A DNA stretch of 41,912 nucleotides, taken from positions 1 to 41,912 of the IMG/VR virus record IMGVR_UViG_3300032212_000043; one strand, given 5' to 3'. Of this stretch, positions 33,724-41,912 are shown in pieces; the stretch's first letter is position 1; each line of letters begins with the position of its first letter. The position numbers and the translations under genes are program-made. The notes beneath the pieces were generated by a model. That model was not told the origin of the DNA and made no database searches. It saw only the letters and a program-made list of their open reading frames with translations. The stretch comes from a virus (taxonomy: Duplodnaviria; Caudoviricetes).

Positions 33724-34098
33724 ATGACCAAAGACGAGCCCGGAACAATCACAAACATCGTGACCAAAGACGAGCCCGGAACAATCACAAACATCGTGAC
33801 CATTGCCATCGCAATTGGTTGCATTCCTCTGACGCTCATTGTGTCGGTCGACCTGTGGCAGTGGTACCTTGTGCCGCTCGGAATGCCCTCAGCAAACTGG
33901 GCTGCTGTCTGGGGTGTGATCCTTGCGGTGCACTGGCTCCGCGTCCAGGGCCATGACCCCCACACAACTTTCGAGGGTCGGATTCTAAAGCCGTACGCGT
34001 ACACATCACGGGTCATTGGCCGTCTGTTGGCGCTGCTTTTGATCTGGCTGACCGGGTACCTGCTTCAGCCCTACGCGGTCATTGGCGGTGCGCTGTGA
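33724..34098 (+). CDS. Multi-pass membrane protein with N-terminal 12-aa duplication
   Basis: Three hydrophobic segments. TKDEPGTITNIV occurs twice. Confidence 0.7.
   Translation: MTKDEPGTITNIVTKDEPGTITNIVTIAIAIGCIPLTLIVSVDLWQWYLVPLGMPSANWAAVWGVILAVHWLRVQGHDPHTTFEGRILKPYAYTSRVIGRLLALLLIWLTGYLLQPYAVIGGAL
33725..33802. repeat. Exact 36-bp tandem duplication
   Basis: 33725-33760 equals 33761-33796, followed by TGACCA. Confidence 0.95.
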
Positions 34099-34502
34099 GC
34101 AAGAAGGGAATCATCTACAGCCCGCCCGACCTGTCCATGTTTGACGGGGAGCTTCAGCGCATCAACGATGCGATAGAGGCGCTGAATGCTGAGCGGACTG
34201 CGGCTCGCCGGAACCGCAGCCTGTGTCTGCGAGCGGCATACCTATGCCTCCCCGAGGTGCCGGCGACCTATGGCAACTGGTCGCGAGAGAAGGATGCTGC
34301 CGTCCGCCTGGTCCGCTACACGAAAGCATCCGTCTGGGTCAGTATGAGCGCCGGCAAGCACAGCCTCAACAATCCGACAAGATGCAGCCGCAAGAGTGGG
34401 TCAGAACACGGCAAGTTCAGCCACTTCAGCAACCGCATCAGGATCACCGACCTCGACGCCCTGGAAGCCGCCATCGCAGCACATGAGCGGGGTGAGAAGT
34501 GA
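34095..34502 (+). CDS. Hypothetical protein
   Basis: GTGA coupling on both sides. Confidence 0.65.
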   Translation: MSKKGIIYSPPDLSMFDGELQRINDAIEALNAERTAARRNRSLCLRAAYLCLPEVPATYGNWSREKDAAVRLVRYTKASVWVSMSAGKHSLNNPTRCSRKSGSEHGKFSHFSNRIRITDLDALEAAIAAHERGEK

Positions 34503-34768
34503 GCACCATCGCGGACAACCTCAACGCCATCTTCTCCAACCTTCCCGATGCCGAGCAGGGGCACCGCGCGGCATCCGATGCCATCTCAATTGCCGCTGGC
34601 CTACTGCTGGACGACCTCGGGCCACTGATGGAGGTGCTGAGCGACCCGGACAACCGGGAGGTGTTCTCTACACTTAAGGTCAACTACCCGGGGACTTTGA
34701 AGATCGACGACCACCGGAGACTCTCCGCCCTCAGCGCCCTGCTTGACGCCCTGGAAGGTGTGGAATGA
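34499..34768 (+). CDS. Hypothetical protein
   Basis: Coupled. Confidence 0.65.
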   Translation: MSTIADNLNAIFSNLPDAEQGHRAASDAISIAAGLLLDDLGPLMEVLSDPDNREVFSTLKVNYPGTLKIDDHRRLSALSALLDALEGVE

Positions 34769-35157
34769 AATGCCAGATGGCCACTGAATCCGGCACCTGC
34801 GGTCGGACGGCTGGGGTTAAGACCGTGCTGGTGCGCGCTCCGGGCTGGTCGGTCCCTGAGCGGCGTGCGGCGTGTGCCCGGTGCCGCAAGGAGGAGTCAC
34901 CCACCCTGTTCCCGCCCGCCGCCCTGCGTGCCATGTGTCCGGTCTGCCAGCGCGGCCCGGTGGTGGAGGACGGCGTGTGTCTTCGCTGCAAGTCGACGGT
35001 CAGGACGTGGATGAGGCTTCGCCCGTTTGTTGTGCCGGGGGAGGACACCATCACGGCCCGGACGATCTGCGCCATGTCGGTGAGTGCGCTGCGCAGGATG
35101 CCTCGGGCCGCTCGGCTGCTGAAGCACCGGCGCCGTCTACAGCAGCGGGGTGCGTGA
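34765..35157 (+). CDS. Zn-finger protein
   Basis: Multiple CxxC pairs. Confidence 0.65.
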   Translation: MKCQMATESGTCGRTAGVKTVLVRAPGWSVPERRAACARCRKEESPTLFPPAALRAMCPVCQRGPVVEDGVCLRCKSTVRTWMRLRPFVVPGEDTITARTICAMSVSALRRMPRAARLLKHRRRLQQRGA

Positions 35158-35246
35158 TGGGCTGGATTTCTATCGCCATGGACCTGTTGCTGTTCGCCTG
35201 CGGGCTGTTCGTCCTGGACTGTGTGCGCAGGCCCCTCGATGGGTGA
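35157..35246 (+). CDS. 29-aa hydrophobic peptide
   Basis: TGATG coupling. Reads MGWISIAMDLLLFACGLFVLDC... Confidence 0.4.
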   Translation: MGWISIAMDLLLFACGLFVLDCVRRPLDG

Positions 35247-35433
35247 GGCGCCGACCATGGGTGAGCTGATGGTGTTGCTCTATGAGCACTTCTTGGCCAT
35301 CCACCAATGCTCTGATGCCGCAAGCGTGATGGCTGCGGATGTGATCAATGACCTGCTGGCCGATGAGCAAGAAGAAACCCCCAGCCCGGTAAGGACTGAG
35401 GGGCGTGAGGGATCTCACTGTACATTGCACTGA
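35239..35433 (+). CDS. Hypothetical protein
   Basis: Reads MGEAPTMGELMVLLYEHFL...; start uncertain. Confidence 0.55.
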   Translation: MGEAPTMGELMVLLYEHFLAIHQCSDAASVMAADVINDLLADEQEETPSPVRTEGREGSHCTLH

Positions 35434-35440
35434 GGTCGTA

Positions 35441-35848
35441 GCCCAGACGAAGCGAAACGCCACCTCACACAAAAACCCATCACAGTTTTCAGGGGTCGCG
35501 CTAATCTACAACAGCGGACGAGAGCCGCACCCACAACCACAACCAATGGACATGAGCCATGCAAGAACGGTACATCACCGCCCGAATCACCACATTTGAC
35601 CCCATCAAAGTCAAAGCTGACCCCATGGCGGGCATCAAGGAGCAGATCCTTTCCCCGTCGTGGCGGATCACCCTGCCGCACCCCCTCAACCCTGAGAAGG
35701 AGGTGACAGTGGTGAGCCAGGACTGGGGGCAGGGTCTTGGAAGGGCCACCACGGTGAGCGTGCGTCCCCAGCAGGACGGTGCAGGGTGGATGCACCCCGA
35801 CAACAAGGCGCGCTGACTGCGGCGGCCCAGACGAAGCGAAACGCCACC
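35441..35848. repeat. 24-bp direct repeat GCCCAGACGAAGCGAAACGCCACC flanking one gene
   Basis: Copies at 35441-35464 and 35825-35848. Confidence 0.9.
35559..35816 (+). CDS. Hypothetical beta-rich (OB-like) protein
   Basis: 85 aa, the only ORF between the direct repeats. Confidence 0.6.
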   Translation: MQERYITARITTFDPIKVKADPMAGIKEQILSPSWRITLPHPLNPEKEVTVVSQDWGQGLGRATTVSVRPQQDGAGWMHPDNKAR

Positions 35849-35870
35849 CGGTTGAGGTGGCGTTTCTGTT
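35838..35870 (+). terminator. Hairpin terminator at the convergence of rightward early and leftward late transcription
   Basis: Perfect 11-bp stem GAAACGCCACC/GGTGGCGTTTC followed by TGTT. Confidence 0.65.
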
Positions 35871-35922
35871 GAGGGGGCCTCCCACAGGTGTAGCCCCTCG
35901 ACTGTAGCCCAGCGGCTGGGGA

Positions 35923-35991
35923 TTGGCATGCTGGGAGTCGAACCCAGACCGGTAGATGCCTCCACCCGTACCCCGCGCACGTCCACGCCAA
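35923..35991 (-). ncRNA. tRNA-like element (acceptor stem plus T-arm, no canonical D or anticodon arm)
   Basis: TGGCGTG/CATGCCA stem, CTGGG-TTCGACT-CCCAG T-arm and internal GGTGGA-GGCA-TCTACC hairpin. Confidence 0.5.
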
Positions 35992-36143
35992 AAGGTGCGC
36001 CCCGGGCGGGTTTGAATCCGCAACCAGTCATCTTTCAGGCCCTACTTGATGATCTGGTCAGGGCTGGGTCCAGGATCGCTTGTCAGGTTCACATGGCCGT
36101 GCTCCCCTGCTCGCTATCCGTCCTCCACCCTCCGGTGCATGAC

Positions 36144-36218
36144 GCCTGCGGGTGAGGGTCGAACTCACGCCTCCCGCTGTTTACACGGTTGTTCTTTCCA
36201 GCTTGAACTACGCACAGA
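36144..36218 (-). tRNA. Degenerate tRNA (anticodon position reads AAA; bulged acceptor stem)
   Basis: U8A9, D-arm GTTC/GAAC with TGG loop, and T-arm GTGAG-TTCGACC-CTCAC. Weak anticodon stem, no CCA. Confidence 0.55.
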
Positions 36219-36234
36219 CCCTCAGACTGTAGCC

Positions 36235-36735
36235 CTACCGACTGGCCCCGGCAATCTTGAGCGGCATCCAGCAGCCCGGCTGGTCACCCTCACGGGGGTT
36301 CTCGACACACAGCGCACCGGCCATGCGTCGCACCCGCACGACCTCGCCAGACATGCGCACCGGCCTCCATTCGTCCGGCGGGAACCTGCGCTCATTAAGC
36401 CAGAATGCATCCTCTGGCAGCAACTGCACCATGGCGTACAGGACGTTGCCTTGACCGTACATGAGTCCAGCAATGCGCCAGTAGCCCGCCCCGCCCGGTG
36501 GGAGGTTGAATGATGCTTGAGCAGGCATCACGGGTGGGCGCTTGACCTCATCGAGGATCTTGAGCGTGCCCTGCTCAATCAACTCCTGTGGCGTCGGGGG
36601 AGGTGGTGGGGGCTGTGCCGCCTTGTGTGCCTTATGCTCACCCCGGATGATGTTCAGCAGTCGACCCTTGGCGACCGCCCGGGAGTCGTGGCTGCGCTGC
36701 CACCCGAGCCGGGAGAGCAGGGTCCGCAGGGTCAC
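36235..36735 (-). CDS. Hypothetical protein, last gene of the lysis cassette
   Basis: GTGA coupling to the spanin-like gene. Confidence 0.65.
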   Translation of the reverse strand: MTLRTLLSRLGWQRSHDSRAVAKGRLLNIIRGEHKAHKAAQPPPPPPTPQELIEQGTLKILDEVKRPPVMPAQASFNLPPGGAGYWRIAGLMYGQGNVLYAMVQLLPEDAFWLNERRFPPDEWRPVRMSGEVVRVRRMAGALCVENPREGDQPGCWMPLKIAGASR

Positions 36736-37508
36736 TCGGCAATCCAGGAGCGCGTGATTCGCCGCTGAGCTTCCAAGTCCTCGCTGATGGAGTTCTGCGA
36801 TGCCAGGTCAGCAGCGGTGATTGCCTTGAGCCGTGCGATCTCCTGCCGCTGTGCTGCAACCTCGGCCGCAAGCCGGTCGGCCTCTGCCTGCTGGACGATA
36901 CGCTGTTGCTTGAGCTGGTCGCGCTCCTGCTGCGTCTCGTTGTGCTTTAGGGCCAGCTCGGTGACGCTCTGGACCTCACCTGGCGTCGGTTCTGGGAGGG
37001 CAGCAGAGACACCCGCCCTGACGAGGGCCTCAATCTCCTCACGGCTCGGTGCCTTTCCACGCCAGCGCCACATCAGCAGGACGGTGATGACGTAGAAGAT
37101 GCCCTTCAGGAATTCGCGCGTCCATGGAACCCACGGGATGCCGGTGCCTCGAATGCGACCATCCTCCTCCAGTCGGTCGACAGCCAGATCGACAGCAACG
37201 TCGACGACCTGAAGGGCTACGCGCTCCTCGACAGGGAGAAGCGCCAGCGCCTCAGCGGTCAGGGCGGGGGTATCCTCCACCACAGCATCCGTGTCCAGCA
37301 GTTCGAGCGGAGAGGGCGCCTCGACGTCCTCCACAGCAGCGCGGTCCACTGCCACGATGGATGGGGCTTCCTCGATGGGCTCAGCCACTGCACCGAGGTC
37401 GTCTGCGGGCTCCGCGTCAGACGGTACGCCGTCCGGGAAGGGGGGCACACCGTCTGCCGCTGCCTGCTCCGAGCATGCGCACGCCAGCAGCAGGGTCAGG
37501 ACAATCAC
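36732..37508 (-). CDS. Lipoprotein with internal TM helix and C-terminal coiled coil (unimolecular-spanin-like)
   Basis: MIVLTLLLA-C lipobox, acidic linker and TM GIFYVITVLLMW. Coupled to the endolysin stop. Confidence 0.6.
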   Translation of the reverse strand: MIVLTLLLACACSEQAAADGVPPFPDGVPSDAEPADDLGAVAEPIEEAPSIVAVDRAAVEDVEAPSPLELLDTDAVVEDTPALTAEALALLPVEERVALQVVDVAVDLAVDRLEEDGRIRGTGIPWVPWTREFLKGIFYVITVLLMWRWRGKAPSREEIEALVRAGVSAALPEPTPGEVQSVTELALKHNETQQERDQLKQQRIVQQAEADRLAAEVAAQRQEIARLKAITAADLASQNSISEDLEAQRRITRSWIAE

Positions 37509-39160
37509 GGTGCCTCCGGAGCTTCAATGATCTCCTCAACCGATGCGCGCCCGGGGAGGTTCGCAGCAACCGGGATGCCAGCAATCGGGCCAGGCTTGCG
37601 CTCGATGATGTGAGCCGGGCCGCCGCGAGTGGGGGTCTCGATGACTTCCGGCGGCTCCTCTTCGCCACCATCGTCACCTTCAAGGACGTTGGACAGTGCT
37701 GCGAGGAAGTCAGAGATTTCACCAGCAGCATCAGAGGCGCGGTCGGTGAGTTGTGCGGCCATCTGCTTGGCTTCTTTGATGTCAGAGAGGGTGTCGGTGA
37801 GCGCGACCCGGAACACCCTCTGAACGATGCCCCTGAGACGAAGCCGCGCGTTCTTGTTTTGCATCATCGCGTACCGGTCCGCTGCGCTGTTCCGGAATCG
37901 AGCATGGGCGAACACGTTGACGGCCTTGTTGACGAACGAATCAAGCGCGGCCTTGATGGCACGCTCATGCGCTCGGCGCTCCGAAGACCCCTCCTGAACC
38001 TCGACCTCATAGGTGCGCCGGTAGCGGTCAAGCCACGGCTCTGGGTCGTTCTGGAACATGTCGCGGACTGCGTCCCGCATGCGCTGGCGTCGGTCCTCGC
38101 GTTCTTCTTTGTTCAGCATGGGGGTCACCTCTGGGGTCGGTTCTGCGGGCGGGGGTGCAGGCTGAGACACAGCCCGGCGGGGAGATGGGGTTTCTGCGAC
38201 CAGTCGACGGGGGATCTTGCCCTGTTGGGCATCGAGCACGGCCTGAAGAGAAGGCGGCAGGCTGGTGGGCTCGGTCGTCAGCACACGATGGCCACCCGGG
38301 GGCATGGGTCGCGTATCGGGGTCAACCGTGCGCGGCTGGGTGCGCTTCCTCGGCAGGGCGCCGGGGGGATGCTCCAGGCCGGGAACCAGCGTTGGGTTGG
38401 GTGCGATCACGGTCGGGGCTTCATCGTCGTCGGCGTCTGGGGCCGGAGTGGTTGCCCCGGCCCCCGGTTGAAAAAGCCGCATTGCCTTGTCGTAGCGCGC
38501 TTTGCGGTCCTGCAAGCCGTTCAAGCCACCGTTGATCTTGCGGGTGACAGCCTCGATGTCTGCCAGGTCTGTGGGCGTGTTGATCCCACGGTCGAGCCAG
38601 TACATCGCGGCGATCTTGAAGGCTTCCTCGGGCCGGGCTGCGCGGCCGGGCTTGTCTTCCAAGCGCAGGGACAGCAGGGCGCCATAGCGCCGATAGTTCG
38701 CCCTCCCGGTGAGCTGGATGACGCCGCGACCCTTGTACCTCACCCCGTCGCCGGGATTGGTGTTGCCGAGGTCTGCACGCCCCTCATACGCCTCACCTGT
38801 GGCGTACTCGACGAGGGTGCGAAACCCCGCTGACTCATGCGCAAGCTGTGCCAGGAACATCGGCAGGCGGCCGGGAAGGATGTGCGCCAGTTGGATGGCG
38901 CCTCGCAGCGGCTTGACCCAATCCTCGGGAAACTCAGGCTCAAACGCACGCATCTCCTTCAGGGTTGGGTACCGGAGGGTTTTGAACTCTGCGTCCACGC
39001 GCTTCTTGAGCGCCTTGAGCGCGTCCTTTTCGTCCACCCCTGCCAGATCCGCAGACGCCAGCGCTTTGCTGGTCGTCTTTCCCATGACGCCATCGAGGAT
39101 GCCGGTAGAGAAACCGAGGCGGCTGAGGGCAAGCTGAATCTCAAGGGTGGTTTTGTTCAC
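37505..39160 (-). CDS. Endolysin: PG-binding domain, GH19 catalytic domain, Pro-rich linker and unknown C-terminal helical domain
   Basis: IQLALSRLGF..GILDGVMGKTT; FLAQLAHESAGF; LGNTNPGDGVRYKGRGVIQLTGRANY; VTRKINGGLNGLQDR. Confidence 0.9.
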   Translation of the reverse strand: MNKTTLEIQLALSRLGFSTGILDGVMGKTTSKALASADLAGVDEKDALKALKKRVDAEFKTLRYPTLKEMRAFEPEFPEDWVKPLRGAIQLAHILPGRLPMFLAQLAHESAGFRTLVEYATGEAYEGRADLGNTNPGDGVRYKGRGVIQLTGRANYRRYGALLSLRLEDKPGRAARPEEAFKIAAMYWLDRGINTPTDLADIEAVTRKINGGLNGLQDRKARYDKAMRLFQPGAGATTPAPDADDDEAPTVIAPNPTLVPGLEHPPGALPRKRTQPRTVDPDTRPMPPGGHRVLTTEPTSLPPSLQAVLDAQQGKIPRRLVAETPSPRRAVSQPAPPPAEPTPEVTPMLNKEEREDRRQRMRDAVRDMFQNDPEPWLDRYRRTYEVEVQEGSSERRAHERAIKAALDSFVNKAVNVFAHARFRNSAADRYAMMQNKNARLRLRGIVQRVFRVALTDTLSDIKEAKQMAAQLTDRASDAAGEISDFLAALSNVLEGDDGGEEEPPEVIETPTRGGPAHIIERKPGPIAGIPVAANLPGRASVEEIIEAPEAP

Positions 39161-39900
39161 GATCGATCCCCTCCGTAGAACACCTGAAGCGTGCCCTTGT
39201 ATACGACCTCACCGACTGCGGCAGACGCTGGGCCGCCAGACAGCCACGCATAGACCTTGTTGCTGCCTGTCAGGGGGTCGCGCGGGGTCTGTGATGAGAA
39301 GTGGGGGTCGTTGCCCCCGCTGCCATGGGTCAAGGTACACGCGTGGTACGTCCACTCATCGCTCTGTAGGATGGGCGTCAGCCGACACAGACCCGGAGAC
39401 GTCTTCAGGGTCGACGTCTGGCCAGTGCTGACGTTGCGCTTGGCATTGATGCCCTCAGAGCCTGAGCCGTTGCTGTACAGATTGGCCCACCGGGACTTTG
39501 TGCCGATCGATGCCCCTGCAAGGTTGGCCGCGACGCAGAACCCAAACCCGACGACCGCTGCCTCACTCGGGCCGGTGTCGGTGACCCAATCCAGTGCCAG
39601 GATCGGGCTGTTGCCTGCGGTGATGTCCACGCCGAACAGGTCGGACAGATCCCAGATGACAGCATCGCCCCAAGAGGTGTTGTTGACGCTGACCACACCC
39701 GATGTGGCCGCAGCCCACGTCGCCGTCAGGACGCCACCGCTATCCGTCCAGTGCGAGCCGGCCTGACTCCCGGCGTTGGAGATGGTGAGGGACATGGGGG
39801 AGGAGATGCCGCCACTCCCGCCACCCCCTGTCGGCTGGCCGGGAATGATCACGCTCGGGCGGGATGTGCCAGCCCCGCCCGATGGTCTCGAAACGCCCAC
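39157..39900 (-). CDS. Probable virion/receptor-binding protein (Gly/Ser/Thr-rich)
   Basis: Composition and position at the end of the tail module. Confidence 0.6.
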   Translation of the reverse strand: MGVSRPSGGAGTSRPSVIIPGQPTGGGGSGGISSPMSLTISNAGSQAGSHWTDSGGVLTATWAAATSGVVSVNNTSWGDAVIWDLSDLFGVDITAGNSPILALDWVTDTGPSEAAVVGFGFCVAANLAGASIGTKSRWANLYSNGSGSEGINAKRNVSTGQTSTLKTSPGLCRLTPILQSDEWTYHACTLTHGSGGNDPHFSSQTPRDPLTGSNKVYAWLSGGPASAAVGEVVYKGTLQVFYGGDRS

Positions 39901-40277
39901 TACTGCCCCCAGCCGATGAGGATGTGATAGACCGTGGTGATGGCGTTGTCAGTGCCGCTCGCAGGGTTGGAGCGGTGGTAAAGGATTGAGCCGTTGAAGG
40001 TCGCTCCCCCAGCTACCTGGTTGTCCACCGTCGCTGCGGCGGTATCGTTCTCCAGCACGACAGCTGCCCCGCTGGGGTTGGTCGTGGTGCCGATGATCGG
40101 ATCAACCGTGGCCCCGGCACCGGACGTCTTGACGCAGGTTTGCCGAAGGATGCGCCCGCGTGAGAAGCCGAGGTCAATGGGATCGGCCTCGCTTGTCGCT
40201 TCGCACTCGGTTTCAGTGACGGTGACCACAACCTCTCGGCTGGTTCGGGTCACCGTCACGGTGTTTGCGTATGCCAT
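39900..40277 (-). CDS. Probable small virion protein
   Basis: Thr-rich beta protein with GAGGGGAG SD. Confidence 0.65.
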   Translation of the reverse strand: MAYANTVTVTRTSREVVVTVTETECEATSEADPIDLGFSRGRILRQTCVKTSGAGATVDPIIGTTTNPSGAAVVLENDTAAATVDNQVAGGATFNGSILYHRSNPASGTDNAITTVYHILIGWGQ

Positions 40278-40343
40278 CGTTTCTCCCCTCGGTCAATCGG
40301 TCGGTCTGGGGGACTGAATGTAGCACGCTGAGAAACAGTGCGC

Positions 40344-41912
40344 CTATGCTCCTGTTTTCTTGAGACTGCTGATTCGGATCGGGTCGTCGTCCAGTGCGAA
40401 GATGAAATCCCACCCCGCCCCGTTCCAGCGCCTGCTCAGCACGGTGGCCAGAAACGTCCTGTACAGGCTCGTCGACTCCAGCCGGAACTGCACGCCGGGA
40501 GCCAGCCATGCAAACCGCCGGTGTGCGCTGTAGGCACGCTCAGCGTAGCCAAATCCCATGACCTGCACGCGCTCCCGAGCCACCAGACCCGCGCTCGCCT
40601 CGTCATACAGCCAGTCAAGCTCAATCACCTCAGACTGAACCACGGTGCGGTCGGTCGTGGTCGTCCAGCGCCCCACGGACAGCTCCGCGTACTCATCGCT
40701 GAACACCTCGGGGTCGTCCGGGTCGGGGTCAGCCTGCACGGTCACAGTGCGTTTGTAGTCGCCGGTTCGGGCACGGGGAGCGAATCGGATGGTGCACCGG
40801 TTGACCACCTCAGAGAGCCGGGTCTGTGTCACCACAGCGCTGTCGGGCTCCATGTCGGTCCCCTCGACCACCGTGCGCAGCCCCTCTGCGTCGGGCGTGT
40901 TGAGCAGTCGCGGCTGTGGGTAGACGCCATCAGGGCCGGTGCGGATCTCCGTCAGGAGCGGGTCAAGCAGGCGCGTCACGAATGACAGCGGCTTGAGGGT
41001 GGGTGTGGTGATGTACGTGGATATCTTCACCCGGTCGAGTGTGCCGGCCTCGATGAGCCACCGGGGGATGTCCACCGGGCGGGCGGATCGCAGGAGCGCC
41101 CATGCGCACACGCTGCCCACACCGCTGAGCAGGGTACCGGACTGGAACGGAGAAGCGAGACCGCCCCCGTCATTCCAGCACACCCAAAACTCTGCGCTGG
41201 AATTGTCAATGGACCCGCTGTGGATGTCGACGTAGCTGTACACCTGACCGAGCCCATCCACATCGGCCTGAACGGTAAATGTGTCGCTGGTTCGGTCTGC
41301 GTCGAAGATGGTGACCGTCGTAGCCTCAACCTCATGCCCTGCGATCAAGAGCAATTCATAGTGACTCGGTGAGCCGTGAGTTGAGATGGGATAGGCCGGG
41401 GAGCCACTGGTGGTCGATGCGGTGCCGTCTGCTTTGTTGAACACGCCGGGGGTGCCGAGCACAATCGGATAGACCTTGCCGATCATCTCCGACGGTGCGC
41501 CCGAGTGCGTCGTCTCGTTGATCACCATCGACTCGTCCAGCAGGTAGACGTTCTCGTCCGCTGGAGCAGCCTCAAGGGTGAAGGTCAGGAACGATACGGG
41601 CCGGGTGGGGTCGGCGTAGACAGGACGGGAGAGGCGTCCTGTGATGTACCTGAACCGCTCCGGGTGAGTCTGGTGTGACTCTCCGGTCTGCTCGGAGACG
41701 AACACGGCGAACAGCTCCCCGCGTGCCTGCTCCAGCCGGAAACCCCGGGCGATGCGCTCCGCGACGTCCACGCCATCCAGGTAGACAGCCAGCGGCACGC
41801 TGTCACTCTCATGTACACCCTCACGGCTGACCTCATCGATCACGTCAGGGTCTGACATGCCATCCAGATAGGCGACCTCTGAACCGTCCACGAGGGTCAG
41901 GTGCAGCGGCTG
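40344..41912 (-). CDS. Tail-tip hub/Tal-like protein (3' part; starts at 217 across the junction)
   Basis: GKVYPIVLG motif. The frame stays open to the contig end. Confidence 0.8.
   Translation of the reverse strand, partial: QPLHLTLVDGSEVAYLDGMSDPDVIDEVSREGVHESDSVPLAVYLDGVDVAERIARGFRLEQARGELFAVFVSEQTGESHQTHPERFRYITGRLSRPVYADPTRPVSFLTFTLEAAPADENVYLLDESMVINETTHSGAPSEMIGKVYPIVLGTPGVFNKADGTASTTSGSPAYPISTHGSPSHYELLLIAGHEVEATTVTIFDADRTSDTFTVQADVDGLGQVYSYVDIHSGSIDNSSAEFWVCWNDGGGLASPFQSGTLLSGVGSVCAWALLRSARPVDIPRWLIEAGTLDRVKISTYITTPTLKPLSFVTRLLDPLLTEIRTGPDGVYPQPRLLNTPDAEGLRTVVEGTDMEPDSAVVTQTRLSEVVNRCTIRFAPRARTGDYKRTVTVQADPDPDDPEVFSDEYAELSVGRWTTTTDRTVVQSEVIELDWLYDEASAGLVARERVQVMGFGYAERAYSAHRRFAWLAPGVQFRLESTSLYRTFLATVLSRRWNGAGWDFIFALDDDPIRISSLKKTGA
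41786..41912. repeat. Terminal direct repeat (right copy)
   Basis: Identical to 1-127. Confidence 0.95.

Noticed and set aside
33725-33802. CRISPR mini-array (36-bp repeat)
   Set aside because: The copies are adjacent with no spacer and lie in frame in a CDS. There are no cas genes.
35441-35866. Hammerhead ribozyme (CAGACGA..GAAAC)
   Set aside because: The core reads CAGA instead of CUGA, there is no stem II, and I found no convincing stems I/III with a cleavage triplet.
36144-36218. Functional tRNA-Phe or attP site
   Set aside because: The AAA anticodon with C37, mismatched stems and missing CCA argue against decoding, and there is no integrase to use an attP. I kept it only as a tRNA-like element.
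41786-41912. Biological terminal repeat or LTR
   Set aside because: It is exactly 127 bp and lies mid-ORF, so a k-mer overlap from circular assembly explains it better.

Overview
The window is a complete, circularly assembled tailed-phage genome of siphovirus type: 41,785 bp unique, plus a 127-bp end overlap that looks like an assembly k-mer. GC is high (roughly 60-65% by eye). The host is probably a diderm bacterium, given a GH19 endolysin, two short lipobox proteins and a spanin-like gene. Almost all genes are on the minus strand. In transcription order they are: TerS, TerL, portal, scaffold, decoration protein, Mu-gpT-like capsid, head-tail genes, tail tube, frameshifted tail chaperone, tape measure, tail-tip genes (crossing the contig junction), lysis genes and two degenerate tRNA-like elements. 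The early region has a divergent XRE switch, a Sak/Rad52-like annealase, a C5 DNA methyltransferase locus, an initiator with iterons, DnaB, RecU and many small ORFs. I recognised no integrase, polymerase or primase. The most striking locus is the methyltransferase (27035-28449), which combines three oddities. (i) An HTH+HNH endonuclease with its own SD and ATG is inserted in frame, with no intein or intron features. (ii) An 8-nt insertion splits the catalytic GFP|CQ motif and is flanked by Pro codons (CCG-GTAAG-CCC-TGC), which suggests a ribosomal hop or frameshift. (iii) The 3' half codes in two frames, EcoHK31I-style, so the unshifted product is an HNH fused to the TRD/motif-IX subunit. Together these resemble a miniature of the T4 mobA/gene 60 homing-nuclease-plus-bypass cassette, in a different gene. 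Also notable are twin promoter/leader/RHH cassettes with different operators, an endolysin with an internal in-frame start, and a u-spanin-like lipoprotein. All family calls come from motif recognition by eye; no database search was run.
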